This document shows, one piece after another, positions 13,801-25,683 of a stretch of 64,000 bases of DNA. Source of the stretch: Gnetum montanum (taxonomy: Eukaryota > Plantae > Gnetophyta). The notes below the pieces were generated by a model. The model had not been told where the DNA came from. It did no database searches and saw only the letters and a list, made by a program, of their open reading frames with translations. Within the stretch, counting starts at the first letter, position 1. Each line of letters begins with the position of its first letter. A program made the position numbers and the translations under genes. The stretch is from NCBI GenBank assembly GCA_015680685.1, contig MNCI01002612.1, positions 183,132-247,131 on the forward strand, in the 5' to 3' direction.

Positions 13801-15027
13801 TTTGAGGCGTTTTACCTCATCAGTGAGTTCTTGCATCATTTTTTTAGCTTTGGCCTAGTCTTAGGCACTAGGTGAAGTAGCAGGTTGGTCATGTTGTGTA
13901 GCATGCAAGTTAGATTGTTGCACAGTGGGCGGGAAAGAAGAAAGTTGAGTGGTTGGAGGTTGCACTTGTGGAATATTTATGGTGGGTGCTACGAAGGGTG
14001 GCATACTATAAGGGGTATGTTGTTGTTGTTGTTGTTGAGGGACATTCATGGGTGGAATTGTAGAAGGTGGTATGTTGTAATGAAGGGATTGATGTTGTTG
14101 CATGCTAGTCATGGCCCACTGTCCAGTCATGATTTATGAGGGAACACCATGAACTTGTTGAGTTGAAGTGGTGAAGGGTGTTCCTTGGGTTTGAATTCAT
14201 GGTATATAGTGAGTAGATGTAGAAGCAGGTATCATAGATGGCATCCTAATCACTTGGGGTGGGAAGGTTACTCCTACATTAGTTTGAGGGGGGTGTTGTT
14301 GGGGTTGGACTTGTAAGAGAGGGGATAATGTGGTGACTGGAGGAATAGTGGGGATGGGTATATTGAGTTGAGTATCAATCATAGGGAGAGTGGGAATAAG
14401 AGTGGGTGCTTCTTGTTGAGGCACATGTGCTTGAGTGGTTTTAAATAAATGGAGGGACATTGTCTCCCCCATGAAAGGGTGAAATAATGGGTTCACGTAA
14501 GCATGCAAACTGAGAGTATGGTACGAGTCCTCGTGTTCGGATTGAGCTGCAAAGTTATCCTCCTCTTCTAATTGAGGATTTACTATGGACTGGTCTAGAG
14601 ACTAAATCCTTACTAGGAGGAGCTGTGAGATGAGCTCAGAGTAGTGATCTAGAAGAGGGATGATGTCAGATGGGAAGGGGATGAACTCATGTCCTCCCTT
14701 ATGAATCAAGTCATAATGTTTCTTAGCCTCCACTTCAGTTTGATCTACTACCAAACCAACTTGGATCTTTACACATATAAAATTATATAGTTCTTGTGTT
14801 ATGACATTAAATGATGGATTCTTCCCTTGTAGTCTGAGAGATCAATGAGGTCCCCCTCAGGGGTTGACCTCGTTGTGGGCCCCTATGGGTTGCATGATGG
14901 GTATCGGCATTGCCGTGGGGATAGTGACATCTGAAGTGGACCTGGTTGAAACATTGGTGTTGGCAGTATTCATGGTGAAAAGGTCCTAACTGTAGCAAGG
15001 TAGATGGGAGATAGTGTCAGTGTGCAT
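10858..15027 (-). pseudogene. gag: Element A gag-protease ORF, decayed, ending in a stop before the insert
   Basis: KYNGEGNPNAHL...FAMSLIGKALD (gag core); FCEYHQCNGHGT Zn knuckle; SLYNLILTSPVHREAL; protease C-terminus FNLIVGQPWL...VSSPIHQ; ends ...KIIKKILNN*. Confidence 0.88.
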
Positions 15028-15059
15028 AGGTGAAAATTTGGCCAAGTATGAAATAGGTA

Positions 15060-15350
15060 TAGTTGTTAGCGTACACCCTCAGCGTGTAGACTTGTCTACA
15101 CAGCGTACACCCTCAGTGTGTAGACTTGTCTACACAGCGTACACCTAAGTTTGGTAGCGTGCAGACTAGATCCATAGCGTATGGACTAAATCCCTAGCGT
15201 ACAGGCTTCAACAATTAGCATACATAGTGAATAGGTAGCATACAAATAGAACAGGTAGCATACAGATAGAGTGGACAGCGTAAAGATAAAGTGGAAAGCA
15301 TGCAGATTGGACAGCATGTAGATAAGCTAGGCAATGTATACACGCTGAGA
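15060..15350. repeat. Leader repeats of A: 34-bp unit x~2.5, then degenerate ~20-bp AGCGTA units
   Basis: gcgtacaccctcagcgtgtagacttgtctacaca is repeated and contains the inverted repeat tgtagac-tt-gtctaca. Confidence 0.75.
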
Positions 15351-15534
15351 TTGCAATAGATCTGGCTGAACAAGGCATAGATTTGGAAGGTTCAAAATTA
15401 GATCTATGCTGACAGAGTGTAAATCTGACAAAATCGACTATAGATCCGGGATCACAGGGAGCAGGTCTATGAGATGGACTAGCAGATCTGAAGAGATATA
15501 TAGTGGATCAGAGTAGATTTAAGCAGTGTTAGGT

Positions 15535-15550
15535 CCTCCTTCTAGTGCCA
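15535..15550 (-). promoter_or_regulatory. Primer-binding site of A (tRNA-Asn type)
   Basis: Minus strand TGGCACTAGAAGGAGG, 6 nt after the LTR end. It matches the complement of the plant tRNA-Asn(GUU) 3' end as recalled (TGGCGCTAGAAGGAGG) with one mismatch. Confidence 0.8.
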
Positions 15551-15556
15551 TGTTTC

Positions 15557-17165
15557 TGTACTATCTGAAATCGTCGATGCACGGTTGGAATGAAACAGAC
15601 ACCGAGAGATCTACAGACAGACACAGAAGACTCTACCTTTGCTTGAGGTCGAGCTGAACTGATGAAGGTAGAGTACCTTGGGTGGTCTACACATAGATCA
15701 GAAAAGGATTTCCCCAAATGTATGCCAATGTGCAATACGCTGGGTTGTGTGTAAACAACATAATAAGCATAAACTAGAACGTAAATGTGCAGAAATATAA
15801 ACAAAGAGATAGTCAAGAATGAATGTAAACTATAACAAATCTTGATTGGAAATAAAGAAATTTTATTGCAAAAATGAGGATTACAGTGCATGGGTCTAAA
15901 CGCAGTTGTGGGACTAACACAAGGCGGATGAAGAGCCTCGGTGGATGCGGAGGGATGATGGTATGCTGGTTTGGACTGCAAGCATAGCGTGAAGGCTGTA
16001 TGGTCAACGTGTAGGGTTGAAGTCTAGCATGCAATTTTGGTGTTCCAATCACCTCCCCCAATGTCATTTTCTCTTTTTTTTTCCAAAAAAGATCCATTCT
16101 ATGGTGGAAAATTGGAGTTTTTACGGTTTTTAGGGCATGAAACTCGGATTTGGAGTGGTATGAGTGGCTGTTGCTGAGAAAATTTTAGGTCGGATGATAT
16201 GTGGCTGCGTTGCCCGAGTGTAAGAAATATTACAACTGTGCAGCATGCTGCATGCCAACGTGTACATGTTGGGTGTGTGAACCCAGCATACAGACTTGAC
16301 CAATACGAAAGAATTAAACTTTATAAATGAACATTATTGTTACAATAGAGAATCTTGAACATGCCCTTGGATTTGAGCTCTAGTGTCATGAGGATGCTTC
16401 TTGTGGATTTTCAGCTCATTCTGACTTGGTATGATATGGTTTTGGGAGGCTTCAAGTGGCGTACGTTGGGCGTACACGCTAGGCATGCAGGTTAGCATGC
16501 AGGTTGGCTGAATCGTCTGATCAACCTTGCTTTTGGTGGTGCATGCTGGGCATGTAGAGTATGTATGCTCAACGTATAGGTCATGGAAGTGTATCATCTC
16601 GAGGTTGAATCTTCATTTTTGGGATCTTGGGATGATGCTTGACAATTGCCTTGTCTCTGAGAGTTGATTGTAGGTGGAGATCTTGTTCTGGGGTGCCTAT
16701 TTTGAGAGATCCTTGATGGTGCACACTGGGTTGTATGTTGGGCGTGCACGTTGGCGTGCAGGAATGAAAATCCATCATTTGGAGCCCAAAACTTGATTTT
16801 GAGAGGCCTGAGAGTTGCTAGGAACCTTGGGGAAGGTCCTGGGGGGTCTAGACGCTCAATTCTAGCATGTTTTGGCTTATTTTTCGGGCCCAAAATTTGC
16901 TGCATGCTGAGTTGTACGTTGGGCGTGCAGGCCTGTGTGCAAGAAGTATACTTAGTTAAAACTAAGTGTTTTGAGCTTGAAACTTGCAATTCTTATTGCT
17001 AGATGTTTATGTAGTCTCCAATGGATCTCGGGGAATTCTTTCCTTTTCAATTATGCTCCGTTTGATACTGTTTTTAAGGCTTTCAAGCTTGGTCATGCTG
17101 GGGAACAACATGACTTAGCTCAATTTCTGTCTACAAGTGTTAGCCGAAATTTTTGTGGTGTTTCA
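15557..17165 (-). repeat. 5' LTR of element A (~1.6 kb)
   Basis: Minus strand starts TGAAACACCACAAAAATT and ends ...GTACA next to the PBS. Length is similar to the C and B LTRs. The partner LTR is not in the window. Confidence 0.75.
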
Positions 17166-17592
17166 AAACCTAATCTAATTTTCTAATAAACAAATACACA
17201 ACATAAAACTTTCTTTTTTGAACAAAAAAGCATAAGAAAACACAAATTTTACATTATATGGCCATAAATTATAACCAAAATAGCCAAACCAACATCAAAC
17301 AATTAGAATTTAATTTTAGTGAATCCTTAGCTCTAGATCTAAGAAAACTAGCCTCAAAATGAGATTTTTAGAAAACGCACTCAAAAAAGTAAGCCTAATT
17401 TCAAAAATCTTATTTACTAAGGCAAAGACAGCAAAATAACCGTAGGTCCACATGAGGATGGCCAAAACATGATGTGGGATTTCATTAGAATTCCATTTTA
17501 TCAAATCCTTTTGACTAGATCTAAGCAAAATGACCTCCAAGAAAAGCATAGAAACGATTAGAATACCATGAAAAGGGTAAAGAATGGCCTAC

Positions 17593-17705
17593 CTTGGAAC
17601 TGATGAGGAGGTCCCTTGAATGGAAATAGCCTTAGGAAAGGTAGAGATCATTGTAGAAACCTCATATGATGCTTGTATTTGTGGATTATTGATATTTTTC
17701 TTCAT
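17593..17705 (-). pseudogene. Putative first exon of ORF-X in element B
   Basis: Open ATG...(MKKNINNPQIQASYEVSTMISTFPKAISIQGTSSSVP-AG) with a phase-2 donor GTAGGCC, the same donor and phase as C exon 1. The peptide itself is not clearly similar to C. Confidence 0.5.
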
Positions 17706-18599
17706 GTTGATGCTTAACATTGGGAGGAGGCTTGAAATTTGAAGGGGGTAGAGCCTCAATTTTGGCAAAAAGGGAGAGGAGAAGCTTCAACATTGAGATT
17801 CCATAATATTTGGAGTAATAATGGATGATCAAGCTCTCCACCATTGTGTTGATTGATAGAATGATGATTTGTGATGAGTTTGGACATGTTATATTATTAA
17901 AAAAAATTCATAAAACATAATGTTTCCACCCCAAATCCCTACTTGCTAATTTTGTGTACGGAAACTTCACATACACTAAAGTCTAAGTAGAGGGTGGGTT
18001 GGGGGGGGGAGGGGTGTGGTTGGTTTAAGGGTGGTGGGGTGGGTAGAAAGTATCATCCATGTGGGAGTGAGGGGGGAAACAACAACTACCTTTGTTTTCT
18101 TTCTTAATTTTTTATTTTTAAAATTAGTAAAACCATGGGCCCCACCTTGCACCCTTACACATGCTACTTTTTGGTTTAGTAATTGTGTCAACAATGTGGT
18201 TTTAACCTGTTTAACACATAGAACCATACCCAAGCCTTAACCCCCATGCATTCATGTTGGGGGTACCATACTCAAGATGGATGCATACCTTCCATCCTTC
18301 AAGACCATAAAACTCTAACTTTATTAAGATTTTTAGTAGTTTCAACTTGCACCATTCAACCCTAGGCTTTGAAAGGGGTCAAACTTTTCTAAAATGGTCA
18401 CCTTGGATGTACCCCTTGGATTAACAACCCCCCTTTCATTCATACCTCCCACTACACATCACACCCATATCTAACCCCTAGAAGGGGTCCACACAATCAA
18501 GAGCCTATCCAATTACTCATGACTAGCCCTAAACCTTGGAAAACCTAGTCAAAAGTGGTCAAAACCTTTCAATTTGGTGGTTCCACATTTGGGGGAGGC

Positions 18600-20310
18600 C
18601 TCATATGTGCTAAGTACCTTGACACGAGCATGGATGGATGAAAAGTGCCACAAAATTCCATGCTAACACATCCCTCTTGGAGGGGAGAGGGGGGTGTGGC
18701 CTTAGCATGGAAATAAGGGGGTAACCTTGAAAAACCTTAAAATGACCTTAAAACTAATAAATTTTAAACTTGGGTGATGCCCAACAACTTTGGCAACCCT
18801 GGGAATGCACATGCATGCCCAAGACTAGTCAAAATTCATCAAAAATAAACCCCTTGTGATCCCCCATGTTGACACACCTTGTTNAAAACAAGGGAGTAGC
18901 CTTGAAAATGCATGAAATGACCTCAAAAATGATAAGTTTTAGCCTTGGGTGATGCCCAATAGCCTCAACAACCTTGGGAATGCACATGCATGTCCAAGAT
19001 TGGTCAAGATTTATCAAAAATCAATCCCTTGTGATCCTCTATGTTGACATACCCCCTAGAGTGGGGGGTAGGGGGTGGTTTAAGTGTGAAAATAAGGGGG
19101 CACCCCTGAAAATGCATTAACATGACTTTAAAACTAATAAATTTTGACCTTGGTTAATGCCTAATAACCTCAAAAACCCTAGGAATGCACATGTATGCCC
19201 AAGATTTGTCAAAATTCATCAAAAAGCATCCCCTTGAAACTCTCCATGTTGACACACTCGCTAGAGAGGGGGCTCAACGTTGAAACAAAGGGGTAACCTT
19301 GAAAATGCATTCAAATGACTTTAAAACTAATAAAGTTTGATCTTGGATGATGCCTAGCAGCCCTGACAACCCTGAAAGTGCACATGCATGTCCAAGATTT
19401 GTTAAAATTCATAAAAATTAGCCCCTTGGGACTCTCCATGCTAACACACCCCCTTGGAGAGGGGGCTTAGCATAGAAACAAGGGGGTAACCTTTAGAAAC
19501 CTAAAAATGACCTTAAAATTGATAAATTTTGACCTTGGGTGAAGCTTAGTAGCCTTGGCAACCCTAGGAATGCACATGCATGCCCAAAATTGATCAAAAT
19601 TCATCAAAAATTAGCCCCTTGGAGTCTTTCACGATGACACCCCCACCCCCCTAGATGGGGGCTGAACATGAAAATAATGGGATAACCTCAAAAAACCTAA
19701 AAATGACCTTAGAACTAATAAATGTTGACCTTAGGTGATGCCTAGCAGCCTTGGCAACCCCAAGAATGCACATGCATGCCCAAAATTGGTCAAAATTCAT
19801 TAAAACTTAGCCCTTATGAGTCTTCCACACTAACACACCTCCCTTGGAGGGGGGGCTCAGCGTGGAAACAAGGGGGTAACCTTGAAAAACCTAAAAATGA
19901 CCTTAAAATTGATAAATTTTGATCTTGGGTGATGCCTAGCAACCCTAGAAACCGTGGGAATGCACATGCATGACCAAAATTGGTCAAAATTCATCAAAAA
20001 TCAACCCCTTGTGCTCCTCCATGTTGACACCCCCTTAGAGTTTGGTGGGGGGAGGGGAGGTGGGGGTGTGTGTGGGTTCAGCATGGATATAAGGGGATAA
20101 CCCTGAAAATGCATTAAGTGATCTCAAAATTGACAAGTTTTATTCTTGGGTGATGCCTGACAGCTCTAGAAACCTCAAGAATGCACATGCATGCCAAAAA
20201 CTAATCAAAATTCATCAAAACTTAGCCCCTTGAAACCCTAGATGTTAACATACCTCCTTAGAGGGGGGAGGGGGCTTAGTGTGAAAACAGGGGAGGCTTA
20301 GTGTAGAAGC
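18600..20310. repeat. Tandem array of ~195-bp units (~9 copies) inside element B, upstream of pol
   Basis: Anchor gaatgcacatgcatgccc recurs near 18802, 18978, 19182, 19375, 19568, 19764, 19958 and 20179. The N at 18884 means the copy number may be larger. Confidence 0.9.
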
Positions 20311-20935
20311 TTCAAAACTCTTGTTTTTAGGCCCAAATAGCGGAAATTGATGTCAAAACCCATCTAATAGCCTTGTAGCATTGAAACATGGCCCACTAAT
20401 ACCTAAAACTGGGAAAACCCATCCTCTTTTAACCTATAATTAGCCATGGATGATCATAGATAACATGCTTTACCTTATATTTCAACTTGCTTTTTGACCT
20501 CATGTTGCATTATTGACCTTTATAACCTTCTTGTAGCCTTTATGTAGTCTTATACTTCATTTATCTATTCTATTTTCCCTTTTTTAGCCTCTAATTGATA
20601 TCAAATAGTGGGCTTTGGCCTTCCTTGATCACTATTTGGCACCATGTGACCATGGCCCACTATGGCCTTAAACTAGCATCATGGCCTGTCAAGGCCCAAA
20701 ACTAGAAAAATCATGACCTTGATGGCCATTTGTAGCCTTATTTCTAGTATTTCCCCTTTTTTGACCTTTATTTGGCCCTTATTACACTTTTTTTTCTTAC
20801 CTTATAGCCTTGGATGATCTTGTTTACACTAGAATAGAATGTATTTGCATTATTTTTATAGCTTTCTAACATTGTTTATTCAATTTTACCTAGGTTCCAC
20901 TTAATATGCTTTTGGTTAACATGTAGGATTAAAGT

Positions 20936-23900
20936 ATGAGTACCTGGGAGTTGATCAATCTACCTTTGAGCCTAAATGGTTCTCATGGTGATGTAAAATG
21001 GTATATTGATCCTAATTGCCTAGATCTTGAGCCTGAGAGTCTTGTAGACTACATAGCCTTAATAGAAAAATCTCTAGAGTGGCCTAAATACCTAGTTAAA
21101 ACCCTTGACTTAGAGGTAGGTAACATAACCAAAGACTCTTTAATTGAGGCTCTTGTCATGACATAGTGGTGATGAGAAAACCCTTAAACTAAGTTCTCAC
21201 TAGAACCTCAATAGGCTCAAGACATCACCAACATCCTATAAGGCAACATTAAGGCCTTTGCTTGGTCATACGAAGATATGCTAGGCCTAGATCCATACTT
21301 AGTACAGCATAACATCATACTAGATCCTAGCATTAGATCAATTAAACAAAAAGTATGTAAGATAAGACTTGATTTGGCCTTGGCAATTTGTGATGAGATC
21401 TTGAAGCTCTATCGAGATGCTTTCATTAAGGTTGTTGACTATGCAGAATGGGTTTCCAGCATAGTGGTAGTCCCTAAGAAACATGGGAGTATTCATATTT
21501 GCATCAATTTCTAAGACCTAAATAAGGCAACTATTAAGGATGACTTTTCATTGTCTAGTATTGATTAGCTCATCAATACCACAACTGGGCATGCCTTATT
21601 GTCCTTTATGGATGGGTTCTCGAGATACAACCAAATTAGGATCAACTTAGAGCACCAACTTAGCATAATCTTCATGACTTCTTGGGGGACCTTTTGCTAT
21701 ACAACGATGCCCTTTGGCCTTAATAATGTAGGAGCAACATATCAACGAGCCATGACCTATATCTTTAGCAATTACATGCTAGGTTTGCTTAATGATTACG
21801 TAGATGACATAACTGTTAAGTTCAAAGAGGCTAATGATTATGCTAATGACCTAGATCTTGCGCTTAAATGGTGCCTCAAATATGAGCTTAGGCTAAATCT
21901 TAAGAAGTGTGTCTTCAGTGTCAAGACCAGCAAGATGCTTGGATTTGTAGTATCTGAAGTAGGGATACGTGTTGATCCTAATAAGATTAAGATCATATCC
22001 AAATTAGCAACACTTGCCAACCTTAAGGAGCTTTGGGGATTGCAAGGTAGATTACAATTTATTTATAGGATTATCACTAGGCTTATAGATAAGTTATAGC
22101 CCATGCAACACTTGCTTAAGAAAGGGATTCACTATGAGTGGATGACTCAATTCCAAGAGGCCTTTGAAAACCTTAAGTAAGAGTTGACACAACTACTAAT
22201 AGTCTATCCTTCGTAAGAGGATAAGCCTTTTTACATCTACCTGATGATATTTGACATGTCCATTGCCTCTCTACTTTGTCAGAAATGTGATAATAGAGTG
22301 GAAATGTTGGTATACTATCTTAGCCATGCATTAGTTTCCCATGAAACTCGATACATTAAAGTGGAGAAGTATTGTCTAGCACTAGTCTTCTCATTGAAGA
22401 AGTGGAGACACTACCTCTTTAGAAGCCAAGTCAATGTCATTTGCAAAGATAACGTGCTCAGGGCCATGATAACCAATATTTATGAGAGTAGTTGCATATC
22501 CTGATAGAAAGCCATAATTGTGGAGTTTGACCTTTACTACATTTCTTAATCCTCAACAAAAGGTTAAGCTATAGCCATACAACTTACAGTTTCACCTGTC
22601 GATGACCAAGCAACCATAGATCCTGAGTTTCTTGATAAGCATATTAATACTGTTAGCTAAGTGCCTAAGGGTTATGAGGCAGTTATGCACTTTGATGAAG
22701 CTTCAATTGCCCATGGGGCTAGTGTTGCTACCATCATAACATTTTCATTTGGTTAAATCCAATCTTTCACCTATCATTTTGAGTTCTTGTGTACCAACAA
22801 CATAATAGAGTACAAGTGTTTGATTAGGGGAATGATGGTAACCCATGATCTTAGAATTAGATACTTATCAATTAAATGTGATTCCCAACTTGTGGTTAAC
22901 CAAGTAACGAAAGTCTATTTGTGTAAAGCCAAACACTTACAACCATATTGGGACCTAGGGAAATAATTGTTATAATAGTTTGTAGATGTTAATATCTAGC
23001 ATGTAACTTGAAATAAGAATGCAATTGCAACATTATCTCTCAGTGTGATGCTAGATGTGTTTAGTAAGTTGCCCACCTTAACCATCGATTGTGCTATTTC
23101 CATCACACAAAACACTAAAGATACCTTCGTAGCCATCATCCATACCACTCCTACGAGGGAGTGGTATGATGATATAAAATTTTACCTTGTGCATGGTGAG
23201 TCTTCACAAGGCTTAACTACTGTCTAAAAGGATGTTGTACAAAAAAGATCAAAGAAATATGTTATTATAGATGATAACAAATTATGTTGACAATACTATC
23301 ATGCTATGTCACTAAAATGCTTATTTTAAATTGAATCCAGAATAGTATTAGAAGAGGTTTATGAGGGTGTTTGTGAAGGACATGTAGGACCAAGAGCCAT
23401 GGCTACTAAGATTAGGTTGTTAGGTTACTACTGGTCCAATATGGAAAGTGACTACATGCAAAAGGTTAAGTATTGCAACATGTATCAATGACACAGTAAT
23501 CTCACACATGTATCATTGATAGAGTTGCATACTACTCAAATCACTTGGCCATTTCAATGATGGGGGTTGGATATCATTAAACCTATAACACCCAAGTCTT
23601 CTGTAGGTCATAGCTTCATCATCACTACAACTTAATACTTTATGATGTGGGTTGAAGCTATTCCCTTAAGGAGAACTACATCTAAACAACTTTGCAAATT
23701 TATCTTAGATAACATTGTAGTCCATTTTTACATAGCCATGACCATAGTTATAGACAATGGACCATAATTTAGTAGCCACGAAACAAAATATTTCTATCAC
23801 AACTCGGGCATTAAGCATTCTTTCTCATTGCCTTATTATCCTTAAGTCGATAGACAAGTAGAAGTAAGCAATAAGGCCATTATCAATTTTCTGAAAAAGA

Positions 23901-24110
23901 TGCTCAATAATAGCAGACGTAAATGGCATGAGTGTCTTGTCCATACACTATGGGCCTATAGAATGACCTATTGCATGATAACTAGAGAAACCTCTTACAG
24001 CTTGGTTTATGGTTTTGAAGCTATTTTTCCTCTTGAATTGTAGGTGCCATAACTTTGAGTAGTCTTGACTAACTTCATCAATGATGATCAAAATAAGGAT
24101 TTGTAGATAG
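20936..24110 (+). pseudogene. pol: Element B pol (RT-RH-aRH-INT), heavily decayed, interrupted by C
   Basis: SFMDGFSRYNQI, MPFGLNNVGATYQRAM, YVDDI, YYLSHAL...EKYCLAL; decayed aRH and integrase motifs. Confidence 0.9.
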
Positions 24111-25431
24111 TGAAACACCATAGAAATTGCGAATCAGCCTCAGGTGAAGATTCACGATTTGGGCGAAGGTTCGAGACAAAAATCTAGAAGACAAAGCAAG
24201 GCAAAGAGGCACACAGCATCAAGTATCCAAGTTTCCTACAAATTTTGACCTTATTTTGTTCTCTCTCTTTACACTACATTACGCAACATAGCTTAGTGTC
24301 GCTCAGCGTAACTCTGTTTAACGTAGCCCGGTAGCAGAAAGTAACTTACTTCAGCAATTTTTGACAAAGTTTAAAGTTTAAGTATTGTCACACATTCTGC
24401 TAAATCTTTTGTTCAAGACCGAGTTTACGCTCTGTTACGCAGAGCAGCGTAAAGAGCTTCAAGAAAAGTAAAGCCAGAGTCAAAGGAAGCACAGCAGATT
24501 GATCTCTTCATTTTTTGCAAATTGGTCACTTTATGCTCATTACGCTACACAGCATTGACAAGCGTAATTTATTGTAAAGTTGATCATTTTTACACTCTAT
24601 TACGCTTCGTGGCATGAATGAGCGTAAAACAGCTTGAATCGACTACTTACATGCTTTATTGCGCTCTGCCACGCAACGAAGTGTAAACAAGTGTGATACA
24701 GCGTAAAACTAGCTAAAGCAGTACCAGATACGCATTTGCTATCCACATGCACAATACATTGATGAGCATATTGTGTGTAATCACGGAGTAGCTTTAGTGG
24801 AAGTGGTCAATAGCGTATTTTGCTCTCCTTCCCAAAACGTGACACAACGTGGCCAATTTCAACATAAAGTTTACCAAGTGAACGGTATTTTGAAGGTTTG
24901 GGACACGTGTCATCAGGGCCGTGCCTTCTCTGCATGTTGTCGAACTTATAAATACTCTAGTTGACGAAGAAACCCCGGGGGCGCATCTCTAACTTTTGGC
25001 AGCATCACCTTTTAGCAGAGACAGAAGACATTTTGCTTGAGCATTGGTAGCAGGAGTGATCAGTCCTTTGGTGAAAACATAGCTCTCTCCATTGGCGATC
25101 ATTGGCAGTTTTGAGTAGAGACTACCCAAGGCAAAAGGAGCAGATCAGAGATTGAAAGATCATCTGGTGCAGTTTGCAAGTTTTATTGATTAGAAACAGT
25201 TGATCGATAGATGTCAGAGCTTGACCTTCCTTGCATCCCATCTNTTTCCACGGAATATCTACAATATTCGTCGATTTACTGATTGAGTAAGTCCCTTTCT
25301 AATCGACAAGATCGTTCAGGGCACTGCGGATTCGTTATCTCTAGTAAGGCCCTCACATGGATCCATGGTTAAGACTGTGTACACGGACTTTGTCTGGTAT
25401 TTTCCAGCTACAGACATTTTCCATCATTACA
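24111..25431 (+). repeat. 5' LTR of C (~250 bp missing at the N at 25244)
   Basis: Roughly 92% identical to 39907-41478 over the first ~250 bp (hand count). TATAAATA at 24947-24954. Confidence 0.95.
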
Positions 25432-25437
25432 ATTTTC

Positions 25438-25454
25438 TGGCACTCGAAGGAGGG
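25438..25454 (+). promoter_or_regulatory. Primer-binding site of C (tRNA-Asn type)
   Basis: TGGCACTCGAAGGAGGG, 6 nt after the LTR end. Confidence 0.8.
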
Positions 25455-25683
25455 CCTAGGCTCCGATTCGTATTTATACGGGTAGCCCTGTAAGCGATTC
25501 ATACCCATGTCTCTAAAAACGTAAACGTAATACCTCTAGGGAAGTTTACAAAAAATCGTGTGGTATAGATCGGTCACTGTAATGATTCCTTTGGAATCCT
25601 ACAGGGTAAAAAGCCTAATCGTGATCTTCTTTTTCTGTTGCCTTTTAGATCCAGTTGCTTATTATCGTTAATCTATCTGATCA

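Larger units (their letters stand above)
1..17165 (-). mobile_element. Element A: Ty3/Gypsy Tat-lineage LTR retrotransposon; 3' LTR lies left of the window
   Basis: Minus-strand order LTR-PBS-gag-PR-[antisense gene]-RT-RH-aRH-INT-3'UTR. The LTR starts TGAAACACC on the minus strand at 17165, as in elements B and C. Confidence 0.9.

Noticed and set aside
16030-16065. PPT plus LTR-start-like sequence (minus strand GGGGGAGGTGATTGGAACACC) suggesting a shorter LTR or a tandem element
   Set aside because: A better family-type terminus lies at 17165 and gives a 1.6-kb LTR like B and C. The C LTR also has an internal G-run after its TATA box.
25240-25250. ~250-bp deletion in the C 5' LTR relative to the 3' LTR
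   Set aside because: The missing segment coincides with the N at 25244, so it is an assembly gap.
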